Of a stretch of DNA of 32,000 bases, positions 24,659 through 32,000 are shown in pieces. Each line of letters begins with the position of its first letter. The stretch's first letter is position 1. The notes beneath the pieces are model-generated. The model had not been told where the DNA came from. It saw only the letters and a list, made by a program, of their open reading frames with translations, and did not search any database. The position numbers and the translations under genes were made by a program. Source of the stretch: Ferroglobus placidus DSM 10642 (GTDB taxonomy: Archaea > Halobacteriota > Archaeoglobi > Archaeoglobales > Archaeoglobaceae). The DNA lies in NCBI RefSeq assembly GCF_000025505.1, contig NC_013849.1, forward strand, positions 1,140,001 through 1,172,000. The letters run 5' to 3'.

Positions 24659-26260
24659 CTATATTATTATTCTCGCAAGCACATAAGCCAAAAGCGGATT
24701 GAGGAACATCAGGAAAAAGAAGAGATACATAGCTTTCTCTCCGATCTCTTTAAAAGCTCTCTCGAGATCTTCGAAAAATTCCCTTCCCATCACCTTTACT
24801 CTGAACTTCTCAACCATAACTTGCGGATGTGCTTTTTCGAAACTCGCCTCCTCCAGAACCTTTTTGAAAAATTCGAGAAGGAATTTTTCTTCCTCTCCCA
24901 CTGCTTTGTAGCTTTTTCTTGGCGAAACTCCGGTTTTTTCGTGGTTATCGGTTGAGAGGACATCAGCATCGTATCCCCTCTCCTCGAAAATTTTCAGCAC
25001 TTCATTTCTCACATGGCAGGAAACGTTATTTGAGTCGAAAACAACGATAGCGTGCTTTTCTCCGGAGTAGTTTAAAAGCAGAACCGCCACCTTACTGCAT
25101 ATAGATTCGGTCTCAACGAAAAGCTCGTCGTAGTGGTAAGAAAGCTCAGCTTCCTCACTTTCCTTAGCTTTGAAAAGCTCTTCGATCTCAAGAATATCTT
25201 CAACTCCTAACTCTTTTCCGTAGCAGCTGTGGGAGTCTATCAGAACGCAGTTCCCGTAAACTTTCTCAGCAACAGCTTGAAGCTCGAAAGGCAAGTCGTC
25301 CATGTAATTTTTGCCGTGAACTATTACCAAGCTAAAATCTGAAAAAGGATAAACTTTAACCCAGAATCTTTTTCCCTCAATCCTGTAGGGTTTTTTAGCT
25401 TTTACTTCCTCGTAGTTTTCTTTATCAACGAGCTTTTCGAGCTCTTTTACGGAAATCGGATTTTCGGAATGCATAGAGGCTGCGTGAAGAAAAACGTTCT
25501 TTTTCTTCGTCATTACCTTTTTTACGAGCTTACTTCCTCCGAGATTTCTTAAAGGACCCGGATGGACGTTTGCAGCATGTAAAACCACGTCTCCAATTTT
25601 CACCTTCGCGTATTTTCCTTCGAACTCCTTAGAGTATTTTTCAAACTCCCTCTCGAGCTCATCCTCCTCATTTGTAAGCCAGTACCAGAGGAATTTTTTG
25701 AGGAGAGGGAGAATTTCAACTCTTCCAAACTTTTTGTCGAGATATTTTAAGAAGAGGAAGGACATTCCGATTCCAGCCAGAGACGTTATAAGATAGGCTA
25801 AAAATCTGTGATTCGCTTGATAGGAAAATAAGAACGCTGCTGGATAAACGAGAAGAAGTATTGCAAGGGGAGCAAAAAAGCTGAACCTCTTTGACGTGAA
25901 GAATAGGACGGTAGAGATTATGAAAGCCGAGGAGGCAGGAGCAACAACGATAATCTCCTCGTTTCCGGTTTGGACAGCTAAGAAGTCAAAAAATTCCGTG
26001 AAAATTAGAAAGAAGAGGGCTAAAAAGAAGAGCCTCCTCGAGTTGAAAGCTGAAACCAAAAACCTCGAGACGAGCATTAGAGAAATTAAAATGGAAAGTC
26101 CAACGAAAAAGTACCTTTCGACGAAGAATATTTTGCTCGAAGTTCCGTTCAAGTAGGAGGCTATGACTATCGTGACGAGGGCGATGGAGACGGTAATTCT
26201 CTTTCTCGGGACTGAAAATACTTTGGTGTAAAACTTTTCGAGCAGCTCGGGATCTATCAT
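24659..26260 (-). CDS. Membrane protein with a large His/Asp-motif-bearing soluble domain (DUF2070-like by recollection), function unknown
   Basis: N-terminal block of about 6 TM helices, a roughly 300-aa soluble region with 'HAANVHPGP', 'HAASMHSENP', 'LIDSHSCYG' and 'STDNHEKTG', and a C-terminal TM helix. Confidence 0.55.
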   Translation of the reverse strand: MIDPELLEKFYTKVFSVPRKRITVSIALVTIVIASYLNGTSSKIFFVERYFFVGLSILISLMLVSRFLVSAFNSRRLFFLALFFLIFTEFFDFLAVQTGNEEIIVVAPASSAFIISTVLFFTSKRFSFFAPLAILLLVYPAAFLFSYQANHRFLAYLITSLAGIGMSFLFLKYLDKKFGRVEILPLLKKFLWYWLTNEEDELEREFEKYSKEFEGKYAKVKIGDVVLHAANVHPGPLRNLGGSKLVKKVMTKKKNVFLHAASMHSENPISVKELEKLVDKENYEEVKAKKPYRIEGKRFWVKVYPFSDFSLVIVHGKNYMDDLPFELQAVAEKVYGNCVLIDSHSCYGKELGVEDILEIEELFKAKESEEAELSYHYDELFVETESICSKVAVLLLNYSGEKHAIVVFDSNNVSCHVRNEVLKIFEERGYDADVLSTDNHEKTGVSPRKSYKAVGEEEKFLLEFFKKVLEEASFEKAHPQVMVEKFRVKVMGREFFEDLERAFKEIGEKAMYLFFFLMFLNPLLAYVLARIII

Positions 26261-26407
26261 TTGTTGACGAAAAGAAAGTTAAGACTTAAATATTTCGGAG
26301 GAGTTTTATTTTTATCAAAGTTAAATTCTGCAAATATACGAGTACTGGCGACAAATTTATAAACATAATTTTGCGCTTTCAAAACGTTTTGAAGTCAGTA
26401 ACGTTAA

Positions 26408-27412
26408 ATGATGAAGATGGTGTTCTCGATGAAAAGCACTTCCATGGACTTGAAGAGAGAGCATGCTGAAATTCTAAAAGCGATCATCAACGCTTATCCC
26501 CATCCAGCTTTTATCGTCGATCAGGATTTTACGATTGTGGATGTGAACGAAAAGTTCGTGAGTGATTTTAAAAATGCTGTAGGGGAGAAGTGCTATAAGG
26601 CAATACATAATCTCGACGAACCGGCTTTGGAGTGTCCGGTAAGGGAGTCAATTTCTAAGGGGTTCGTTGGAATTGAAAAGGAGGTATATTTAAAGGAAGA
26701 GGGCAAATGGTACGAGTACTGTGCGTATCCATTTAAAGTCGGAAATCGATGGTTGTTCATCGTAGTAATGCGAGACATAACGAGCAAAAAACTCAGTGAG
26801 GAGATGGAAGAAGATAGATTGAAGTTCTTAGCTGGAGCGAACGAAATTTTGCAGTTTGTCGGGAAGATGATAAGGCACGACTTGATAAATCAGCTGAACT
26901 CGATAATTTCTGCCCTCGAAATTAAAGATGAGCTCGGAGATGAGAAGTTCGTGAAAATAATAAGGAGTGCCGCAGAGAGGGGCGTGGACATTTTAAAGAA
27001 AACGAAAGATATAGAGAAGTTCTTTAGGATGAAGAAAGTAAACGTCAGAGAAGTCGTTGAAAACGTTTCGAGAGAGTTTAATGCTGATATAGAAGTAATT
27101 GGAGACTGCGAAGTATGGGCGAGTGAAGCTTTGGGGTCGGTTTTTGAAAACCTCTTCTCCAATTCGATAAAACACGGAAAAGCTACGAAAATTACCGTAG
27201 AGATGAAGTGTTCCGACGAGTGGTGCGAGATCGTAGTTTCGGATAACGGAACGGGAATTCCGGAAGAGATCAGGGAGAGAATATTCGAAGAGGGGTTCAG
27301 TTACGGTGTTGGCGGTGGTACCGGAATTGGACTGTTCATAACGAAACACATCGTAGAAATGTGTGGGGGAGAAATAAAGCTCCTCGACAACTCAGACGGA
27401 AACGCTTTTTGA
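26408..27412 (+). CDS. PAS-domain sensor histidine kinase
   Basis: PAS region carrying 'CYKAIHNLDEPALECPV', H-box 'MIRHDLINQLNSI', N-box 'ENLFSNSIKHG', G1 'VSDNGTGIP', G2 'GGGTGIGL'. Confidence 0.85.
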   Translation: MMKMVFSMKSTSMDLKREHAEILKAIINAYPHPAFIVDQDFTIVDVNEKFVSDFKNAVGEKCYKAIHNLDEPALECPVRESISKGFVGIEKEVYLKEEGKWYEYCAYPFKVGNRWLFIVVMRDITSKKLSEEMEEDRLKFLAGANEILQFVGKMIRHDLINQLNSIISALEIKDELGDEKFVKIIRSAAERGVDILKKTKDIEKFFRMKKVNVREVVENVSREFNADIEVIGDCEVWASEALGSVFENLFSNSIKHGKATKITVEMKCSDEWCEIVVSDNGTGIPEEIRERIFEEGFSYGVGGGTGIGLFITKHIVEMCGGEIKLLDNSDGNAF

Positions 27413-27477
27413 TAAAGCTTAGGAAAGCGAACAACCGTTCTCCTAAAAATTAGAAGCGTTTTAACCTTTTCACAAGC

Positions 27478-27551
27478 TAAAAATAGTAAAAAAATAATAA
27501 ATATAATATATTATTTTAAATTTTATACAATTTTTAAAAAAAATTAAATTT
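27478..27551. other. Extreme A/T tract (74 nt containing only two G/C; 41 nt pure A/T at 27487-27527) between the two sensor genes
   Basis: Counted directly in the sequence. It contains several TATA-like words ('AATATAATATATTATTTTAAATTTTATAC'). Confidence 0.6.
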
Positions 27552-27595
27552 CGAGTGGTAAAGAGATTCTGCTAAAAATTTTTGGAGGAATTATA

Positions 27596-28912
27596 ATGAC
27601 AGATTTGGAAACAACACATACTACATACTTCGTTCCGGGGGTTGTAATTACCGACTCTGACTACAACATCCTTTTCTGGAATAGAACTGCCGAAAGCTTG
27701 TTCAACATAAAAATGGAAGAAGTTCTCGGAAAAAACTTGAAAGAGATTTTGGAGAGGATTGGTGCGGGAAGATTGTTCGATGCTATATCTAAAGGCGAGA
27801 AGAAAGTCGTGGAGATAAATACAGGATTAAAAAGTCTGTACATCTTCGCTTTTTCAGAAAAGGTTAACGTAGGGGGAACCGAGTATTTAGTGATATTCAT
27901 TGAGGAGATCACTGAGGAAATTAGAAAAAAGAGGATCCACGAACTTATCGTGAACAACGTTAGAGATGTTATTGCTCTTGTTGATTTCGAAGGTAAAATA
28001 CACTACGCATCCCCTTCCATAACAATTGTTCTCGGCTACAGCGTGGAGGAAGTTGCTGGAAAGAGCGTTTTTGAGTTTGTCCATCCAGAAGATCTCGAAG
28101 CGATGAAACGAATTTTTCAAGAAGCGGTAAGTATGGGAGTTGGTAAAGCAACTTGCAGAGTTAAAAGGAAAGATGGAACGTACATCTGGGTTGAAGCTGT
28201 AGGGAAAGTTATTTCCTTTGAAGAAAAAATCGGAGTAATATCCGCGAGAGACGTAACCGAGACGGTAACACTTGAAAAACTTTTGAGGGTTATAAACAAC
28301 GTTGGAAAAGTAATCGTTCACGCAAAAGACGAAGAAAGCTTGCTCAGCAACGTTTGTAATGAACTGGCTACGTTTTTTCCAGCCGTTTCCATATGGCTGA
28401 AGGACGAGGGATTGACTAAAAGCTGCGGAAAAGATTTTGAGATATGCAATTTCGCTGAAAAGGTTGCAAAAGAAAAGAAAATTTTGTTTGAAACCTGCGA
28501 AGTCTGTGGAAAAGTAAAAGCGGCGTTTCCAATGGTTGCTGACAGCGAACTTAAAGGTGTTTTGGTAACCTGCCTCGATCGAAGGCAGAAGCTTGATGAA
28601 GAGAACTTGCAGATGCTCGATGTGCTGGCTAACGACATAGCTTTTGCGATAAAGGCACTGAAACTTGAGGAGGCGAAAAGAAAAGCGTACAGACAGATTG
28701 AGGATAATATATACAAATTTGCGATTCTCGTCGATGAGATAAAAAACCCGCTTACGGCAATAATGGGGCTTGCCGAGGAAAAAGTGGAGGATGAGGAGGT
28801 AAAAAAAAAGATAATTGAGCAGGTGGAGAGGATAAAAAACATCGTCAAAAAGCTTGATGAGGGCTGGCTCGAATCGGAAAAGGTTAGAGAGTTCCTGAGA
28901 CGCTACCTCTGA
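27596..28912 (+). CDS. PAS-PAS-GAF-like sensor protein with a degenerate DHp (HisKA-like) C-terminus and no ATPase domain
   Basis: Two PAS repeats ('VVITDSDYNILFWNRTAESLF', 'IALVDFEGKIHYASPSITIVLGYS...FVHPEDL'), then a GAF-like region with C..C..CxxC, then 'FAILVDEIKNPLTAIMGL' aligning to the HisKA H-box with Asp (28733-28735) at the His position. The ORF ends about 55 aa later. GGAGG lies 8 nt upstream of the ATG. Confidence 0.75.
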   Translation: MTDLETTHTTYFVPGVVITDSDYNILFWNRTAESLFNIKMEEVLGKNLKEILERIGAGRLFDAISKGEKKVVEINTGLKSLYIFAFSEKVNVGGTEYLVIFIEEITEEIRKKRIHELIVNNVRDVIALVDFEGKIHYASPSITIVLGYSVEEVAGKSVFEFVHPEDLEAMKRIFQEAVSMGVGKATCRVKRKDGTYIWVEAVGKVISFEEKIGVISARDVTETVTLEKLLRVINNVGKVIVHAKDEESLLSNVCNELATFFPAVSIWLKDEGLTKSCGKDFEICNFAEKVAKEKKILFETCEVCGKVKAAFPMVADSELKGVLVTCLDRRQKLDEENLQMLDVLANDIAFAIKALKLEEAKRKAYRQIEDNIYKFAILVDEIKNPLTAIMGLAEEKVEDEEVKKKIIEQVERIKNIVKKLDEGWLESEKVREFLRRYL

Positions 28913-28920
28913 AATCGGAA

Positions 28921-28930
28921 TTTTTAAATA
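28921..28930 (+). promoter_or_regulatory. Candidate promoter TATA box ('TTTTTAAATA') for the cytochrome c / ccm operon
   Basis: It is centred about 28 nt upstream of ATG 28954 with no SD in between, consistent with a leaderless transcript. Confidence 0.35.
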
Positions 28931-28953
28931 TCCTTAGAGCAATTATACATCTG

Positions 28954-29319
28954 ATGAAGAAAATAGTTATAATGGCTTTAATTTTACTTTTAATTGCAAA
29001 TGCCTCTGCCAGACCGGAATACATGAAGGATTTCAAAAACTTCAGCGATAAAGTTAAGAAATGCACGTTATGTCACGTCCAGAGCTCGGGATACGGTGGA
29101 TTGAATCCCTTCGGCAGGGATTACGCTAAGATAGGGAGCTTAACTCCGGAGCTGATGCAGCTCGACAGCGATGGGGATAGATTCTCCAATATAGAGGAAT
29201 TGCTCAACGGAACTATGCCAGGAGATAAAGACTCATATCCGGGAAAGAAGGCTCCAGGATATACCACATCCCTTCTATTAGCAATAATAATTTTATATTT
29301 GGTGAAGAGAAAGTCTTAA
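28954..29319 (+). CDS. Small secreted mono-heme c-type cytochrome with an EF-hand-like Ca loop and a PGF-CTERM-like (PGY) tail
   Basis: Signal peptide 'MKKIVIMALILLLIANASA', heme site 'CTLCH', 'DSDGDRFSNIEE' (DxDxDxxxxxxE), and C-terminus 'APGYTTSLLLAIIILYLVKRKS'. Confidence 0.7.
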   Translation: MKKIVIMALILLLIANASARPEYMKDFKNFSDKVKKCTLCHVQSSGYGGLNPFGRDYAKIGSLTPELMQLDSDGDRFSNIEELLNGTMPGDKDSYPGKKAPGYTTSLLLAIIILYLVKRKS

Positions 29320-29357
29320 ATATCTTTTCTACAATAGCTGAAAAATAGGGTGGCGAC

Positions 29358-29741
29358 ATGAAAATAGCGGCGATAATTCTTACGGCATTGCTGATATACC
29401 CGGTTTCGGCTCAAATAGGTGAGAAGAGTGTTGAAGAGTTAATTTACTGTCCGTGCGGATGCGGTGAAATTCTTGCAAACTGCCACTGCGAAACTGCAAC
29501 AGAAGTAAAGAAGGACATCCAGAGAAAAATTCTCGCCGGTTCAAAGCCAGAGGACGTTTTAAGCGAATACATGAAAATTTACGGTGCGAGCATCCTCGTA
29601 AAGAATGAAGAAGTTGTTAAGTCGAAGAAGGACGAAACTCTTTATCTATACTTGGCTGGGATAGGCGTGACTGCTGCAATAGCTTACGCTATAGGAAAAT
29701 CTTCGAGAAAGACTGAAGATTGGAAACTCAAAAAGAGGTGA
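29358..29741 (+). CDS. ccmH: CcmH/NrfF-like cytochrome c maturation protein, variant Cys motif (paralog 1)
   Basis: Signal peptide, 'YCPCGCGEILANCHCETA', then 'A..VKKDIQRKILAGSKPEDVLSEYMKIYGASILV' matching the CcmH helical core (R/K..I...G.S.E.I......YG..VL), and a C-terminal TM anchor. Confidence 0.6.
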   Translation: MKIAAIILTALLIYPVSAQIGEKSVEELIYCPCGCGEILANCHCETATEVKKDIQRKILAGSKPEDVLSEYMKIYGASILVKNEEVVKSKKDETLYLYLAGIGVTAAIAYAIGKSSRKTEDWKLKKR

Positions 29742-29745
29742 GGAG

Positions 29746-31689
29746 ATGAATATTGGATATTTTGCAGTCTTCGTAGCATTAGTGACTGCGACGTACTCCT
29801 TTTTAGCGTTTTACTTGGGAGTTAAAAATAAAAATTCAAAACTTTTAAGAAACGCAGAGAGAAGCGCTTACCTCTCAGCTCTCCTCACTTTTCTGGCTTC
29901 GTTTATTCTCATCTACTACTTCCTCACGGATAATTTTAAAGTAGAGTACGTTGCCACCTACTCGAGCAGAGCTCTTCCAACGTTTTACAAATTCACGGCT
30001 TTCTGGGCGGGCTCTGACGGTTCTCTTTTGCTCTGGGCGGCAATTCTTGCCGGATATTCAGTTGCTTTCTTAAGACTCGAGAAGAAAGACGCTCTAACAG
30101 CATTATCCATGGCTGGGATAATGGGTGTGCAAACCTTTTTCCTCCTACTTCTTTCTACAGTCGCAAATCCGTTCAAAGAGCTGAATTTCTTCCTGCAAGA
30201 CGGAATCGGTTTGAATCCTCTCCTTCAAACTCCAGAAATGGCAGCACATCCACCTACTTTATTCATGGGATACGCTGGAGCGGCTGTGGTTTTTTCCTTA
30301 GCCATAGCAGGGGTATATCTTGCAGAGGACAGATGGGTGATAAGAGGGAGGAAGTGGATAGTCTTTACGTGGATTTGGTTAACGCAGGGGATATTCTGGG
30401 GGGCGATATGGGCGTACAAGGTTCTTGGCTGGGGTGGATACTGGGCTTGGGATCCAGTTGAAAACTCTTCACTACTTCCTTGGCTTACGCTTTCAGCTCT
30501 AATGCACAGCATTATGATTCAGGAAGCGAGGAGAGCTATGAAGCTTTGGAACATCCTGTTAGCTTTTGCAACCTTTGAATTCGTCATTCTCGGAACGTTC
30601 ATAACGAGGAGCGGCGTTATAAGTAGTGTTCACGCTTTCGGGCAGAGTGGACTCACAGCTCCATTCGTTTCCTTTATGCTGGCAGTTCTCATCTTAACAC
30701 TTTGGCTAATCTACGAGAGAGGGGAATACATAAGGAGTGAAGACGTCGTTGAAAGTTCTGTATCGAAAGAGGCAACTTTCCTCTTCAACAACCTGATTCT
30801 CGTAGCCTCTGCTATGACTGTTTTCTGGGGAACAATATTTCCGCTGGTAAGTGAGGGGTTAACTGGTTATAAGGTAACGATAGGTCCTCCCTTCTACAAT
30901 CAGGTTATAACCCCCCTCGCTATAGCTTTAATGATACTCCTCGGCTTGTGCATAGCCTTTCCTTGGAGAAAGAGCGCCGGAAAGGACCTCGCGAAAAAGC
31001 TTAGAGTGCCATTTGTAGCTTTTTTAATCGCCTTCTCAGCATCACTCGCCCTCAAGCTTAAAATTGAGATGGCTTTAGCGTTGGCGATTTTCTTCTTCTC
31101 TTTAACAACTCACATTCAACAGTACATCCAAGACACAGTCGCTTTCAGCAACGAGTACAAGAGTAAAAGTTATCTGAGAGTTATTTTGAGGAGAAGGAGA
31201 AGGTATGGAGGATATACTGTCCACTTAGGTTTGCTGCTGGTTTTTGTTGGAGTAGCCGGAAGCGTTTACGATCAGACGTTTGAGAACGTTAAGCTCGAGT
31301 TAAATCAGCCGAAGAACATCGGAGAGTACACGTTCGTGTACAGGGGACTGAAGTTCGAGGACACACCCCTCAAGACGGCTTGGATCGCTCAGGTGGAAGT
31401 TTGGAAGGGAGATAAGCTCTTAACCGTACTAACTCCGGGTATAGAGGAGTACAAAACGAGGGGGGAAGAGATAAGAAGAGTTGACGTATACTCTGAGCCT
31501 CTTAAAGACATCTACTTGATATTTAACGGTGGGGGAAAGGATTACATCTTCCTTGAAATTAAAATTAATCCCCTCGTCAACTTCATCTGGCTTGGTTGCT
31601 GGATAATGACCTTCGGCGGAATATTTGCGTTAATACCAAGGAGTTTAGTTAGCAAATACGTATTTAGCGAGAGAGGTGTCACAGCATGA
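29746..31689 (+). CDS. ccmF: Cytochrome c-type biogenesis protein CcmF (heme lyase / heme handling, System I)
   Basis: WWD motif 'LGWGGYWAWDPVENSSLLPWL', flanking conserved His residues ('MAAHPPTLFMGY', 'SALMHSIM', 'SSVHAFG'), 647 aa and about 15 TM helices. Confidence 0.9.
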   Translation: MNIGYFAVFVALVTATYSFLAFYLGVKNKNSKLLRNAERSAYLSALLTFLASFILIYYFLTDNFKVEYVATYSSRALPTFYKFTAFWAGSDGSLLLWAAILAGYSVAFLRLEKKDALTALSMAGIMGVQTFFLLLLSTVANPFKELNFFLQDGIGLNPLLQTPEMAAHPPTLFMGYAGAAVVFSLAIAGVYLAEDRWVIRGRKWIVFTWIWLTQGIFWGAIWAYKVLGWGGYWAWDPVENSSLLPWLTLSALMHSIMIQEARRAMKLWNILLAFATFEFVILGTFITRSGVISSVHAFGQSGLTAPFVSFMLAVLILTLWLIYERGEYIRSEDVVESSVSKEATFLFNNLILVASAMTVFWGTIFPLVSEGLTGYKVTIGPPFYNQVITPLAIALMILLGLCIAFPWRKSAGKDLAKKLRVPFVAFLIAFSASLALKLKIEMALALAIFFFSLTTHIQQYIQDTVAFSNEYKSKSYLRVILRRRRRYGGYTVHLGLLLVFVGVAGSVYDQTFENVKLELNQPKNIGEYTFVYRGLKFEDTPLKTAWIAQVEVWKGDKLLTVLTPGIEEYKTRGEEIRRVDVYSEPLKDIYLIFNGGGKDYIFLEIKINPLVNFIWLGCWIMTFGGIFALIPRSLVSKYVFSERGVTA

Positions 31690-32000
31690 AAATTAGATAT
31701 TTTATTATTTTCATTTTTCTTCTAATCTCAATTTCCTCAGCTTTAACAGTAGAAGACGTTGAAAAAGACGTTATGTGTGTTTGTGGCTGCGGAAAAGTCC
31801 TTGAGAACTGTGAATGCGGTACGGCGGAGAAAATGAGGAAAGAAATAGAAGGGATGATCGCAAGAGGAATGAGCAAGGAGGAGATAATATCAGAGCTTCA
31901 GGCAACTTATGGTAAGGAAGTTCTCGTAAATCCTCCGAAAGAAGGTGTTTTTCTTGGCTTGTGGTACTATCCAGTGGCGATTACAATAGCCGGAGTTTCG
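31686..32000 (+). CDS. ccmH: CcmH/NrfF-like cytochrome c maturation protein, variant Cys motif (paralog 2; 3' end runs off the window)
   Basis: Hand-translated open ORF: MKIRYFIIFIFLLISISSALTVEDVEKDVMCVCGCGKVLENCECGTAEKMRKEIEGMIARGMSKEEIISELQATYGKEVLVNPPKEGVFLGLWYYPVAITIAGVS... ATGA overlap with the ccmF stop. It fits the CcmH core including 'YG..VL..PP' and 'LW..P'. Confidence 0.65.
   Translation, partial: MKIRYFIIFIFLLISISSALTVEDVEKDVMCVCGCGKVLENCECGTAEKMRKEIEGMIARGMSKEEIISELQATYGKEVLVNPPKEGVFLGLWYYPVAITIAGVS

Noticed and set aside
27478-27551. Replication origin (DNA-unwinding element)
   Set aside because: No flanking ORB or mini-ORB inverted repeats and no adjacent cdc6/orc1 gene. It is more simply a promoter-rich spacer.

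Overview
Gene-dense chromosomal segment of an archaeon. Gene content points to an anaerobic, metal- or nitrate-respiring euryarchaeon of the Archaeoglobales type; this is inference, no database search was possible. Supporting signals: archaeal RFC small subunit, the conserved ftsZ-secE-spt5(nusG)-rpl11 cluster, an Rnl3-type RNA ligase, PGF-CTERM sorting tails, GGTGA/GGAGG ribosome-binding sites, and several starts about 25-28 nt after A/T-rich TATA boxes (leaderless mRNAs).

Layout:
- 120-7295: housekeeping and accessory genes. These are a HAD phosphatase, then a tightly packed CBS / CBS / RNA ligase / ASKHA-fold / MEMO-like cluster, an amidohydrolase and a TauE-like exporter.
- 7583-13171: respiratory island. 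It holds a Tat-lipoprotein that fuses a C_GCAxxG_C_C redox domain to a di-heme c tail, and mtnA. A minus-strand operon follows, encoding NorC-like, NorB-like, heme O synthase and a PGF-CTERM cytochrome c.
- 13334-18022: SPFH protein, ZIP metal transporter, cbiMNQO cobalt ECF transporter.
- 18251-23552: rfcS, rpl11, spt5, secE (below the ORF-track size cut-off; found by hand), ftsZ, pyrC, cbiB.
- 23482-26260: two uncharacterised membrane proteins.
- 26408-28912: a PAS histidine kinase and a PAS-PAS-GAF protein whose H-box histidine is replaced by Asp and which lacks an ATPase domain.
- 28954-32000: a small cytochrome c, then ccmF flanked by two paralogous CcmH-like genes with an unusual CxCGCG...CxC motif.

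No rRNA, tRNA, CRISPR array, transposase or integrase was recognised. The most interesting material is the atypical cNOR-like operon, the Tat/di-heme fusion protein, the variant cytochrome c maturation cluster and the RNA-ligase/ASKHA gene pair.
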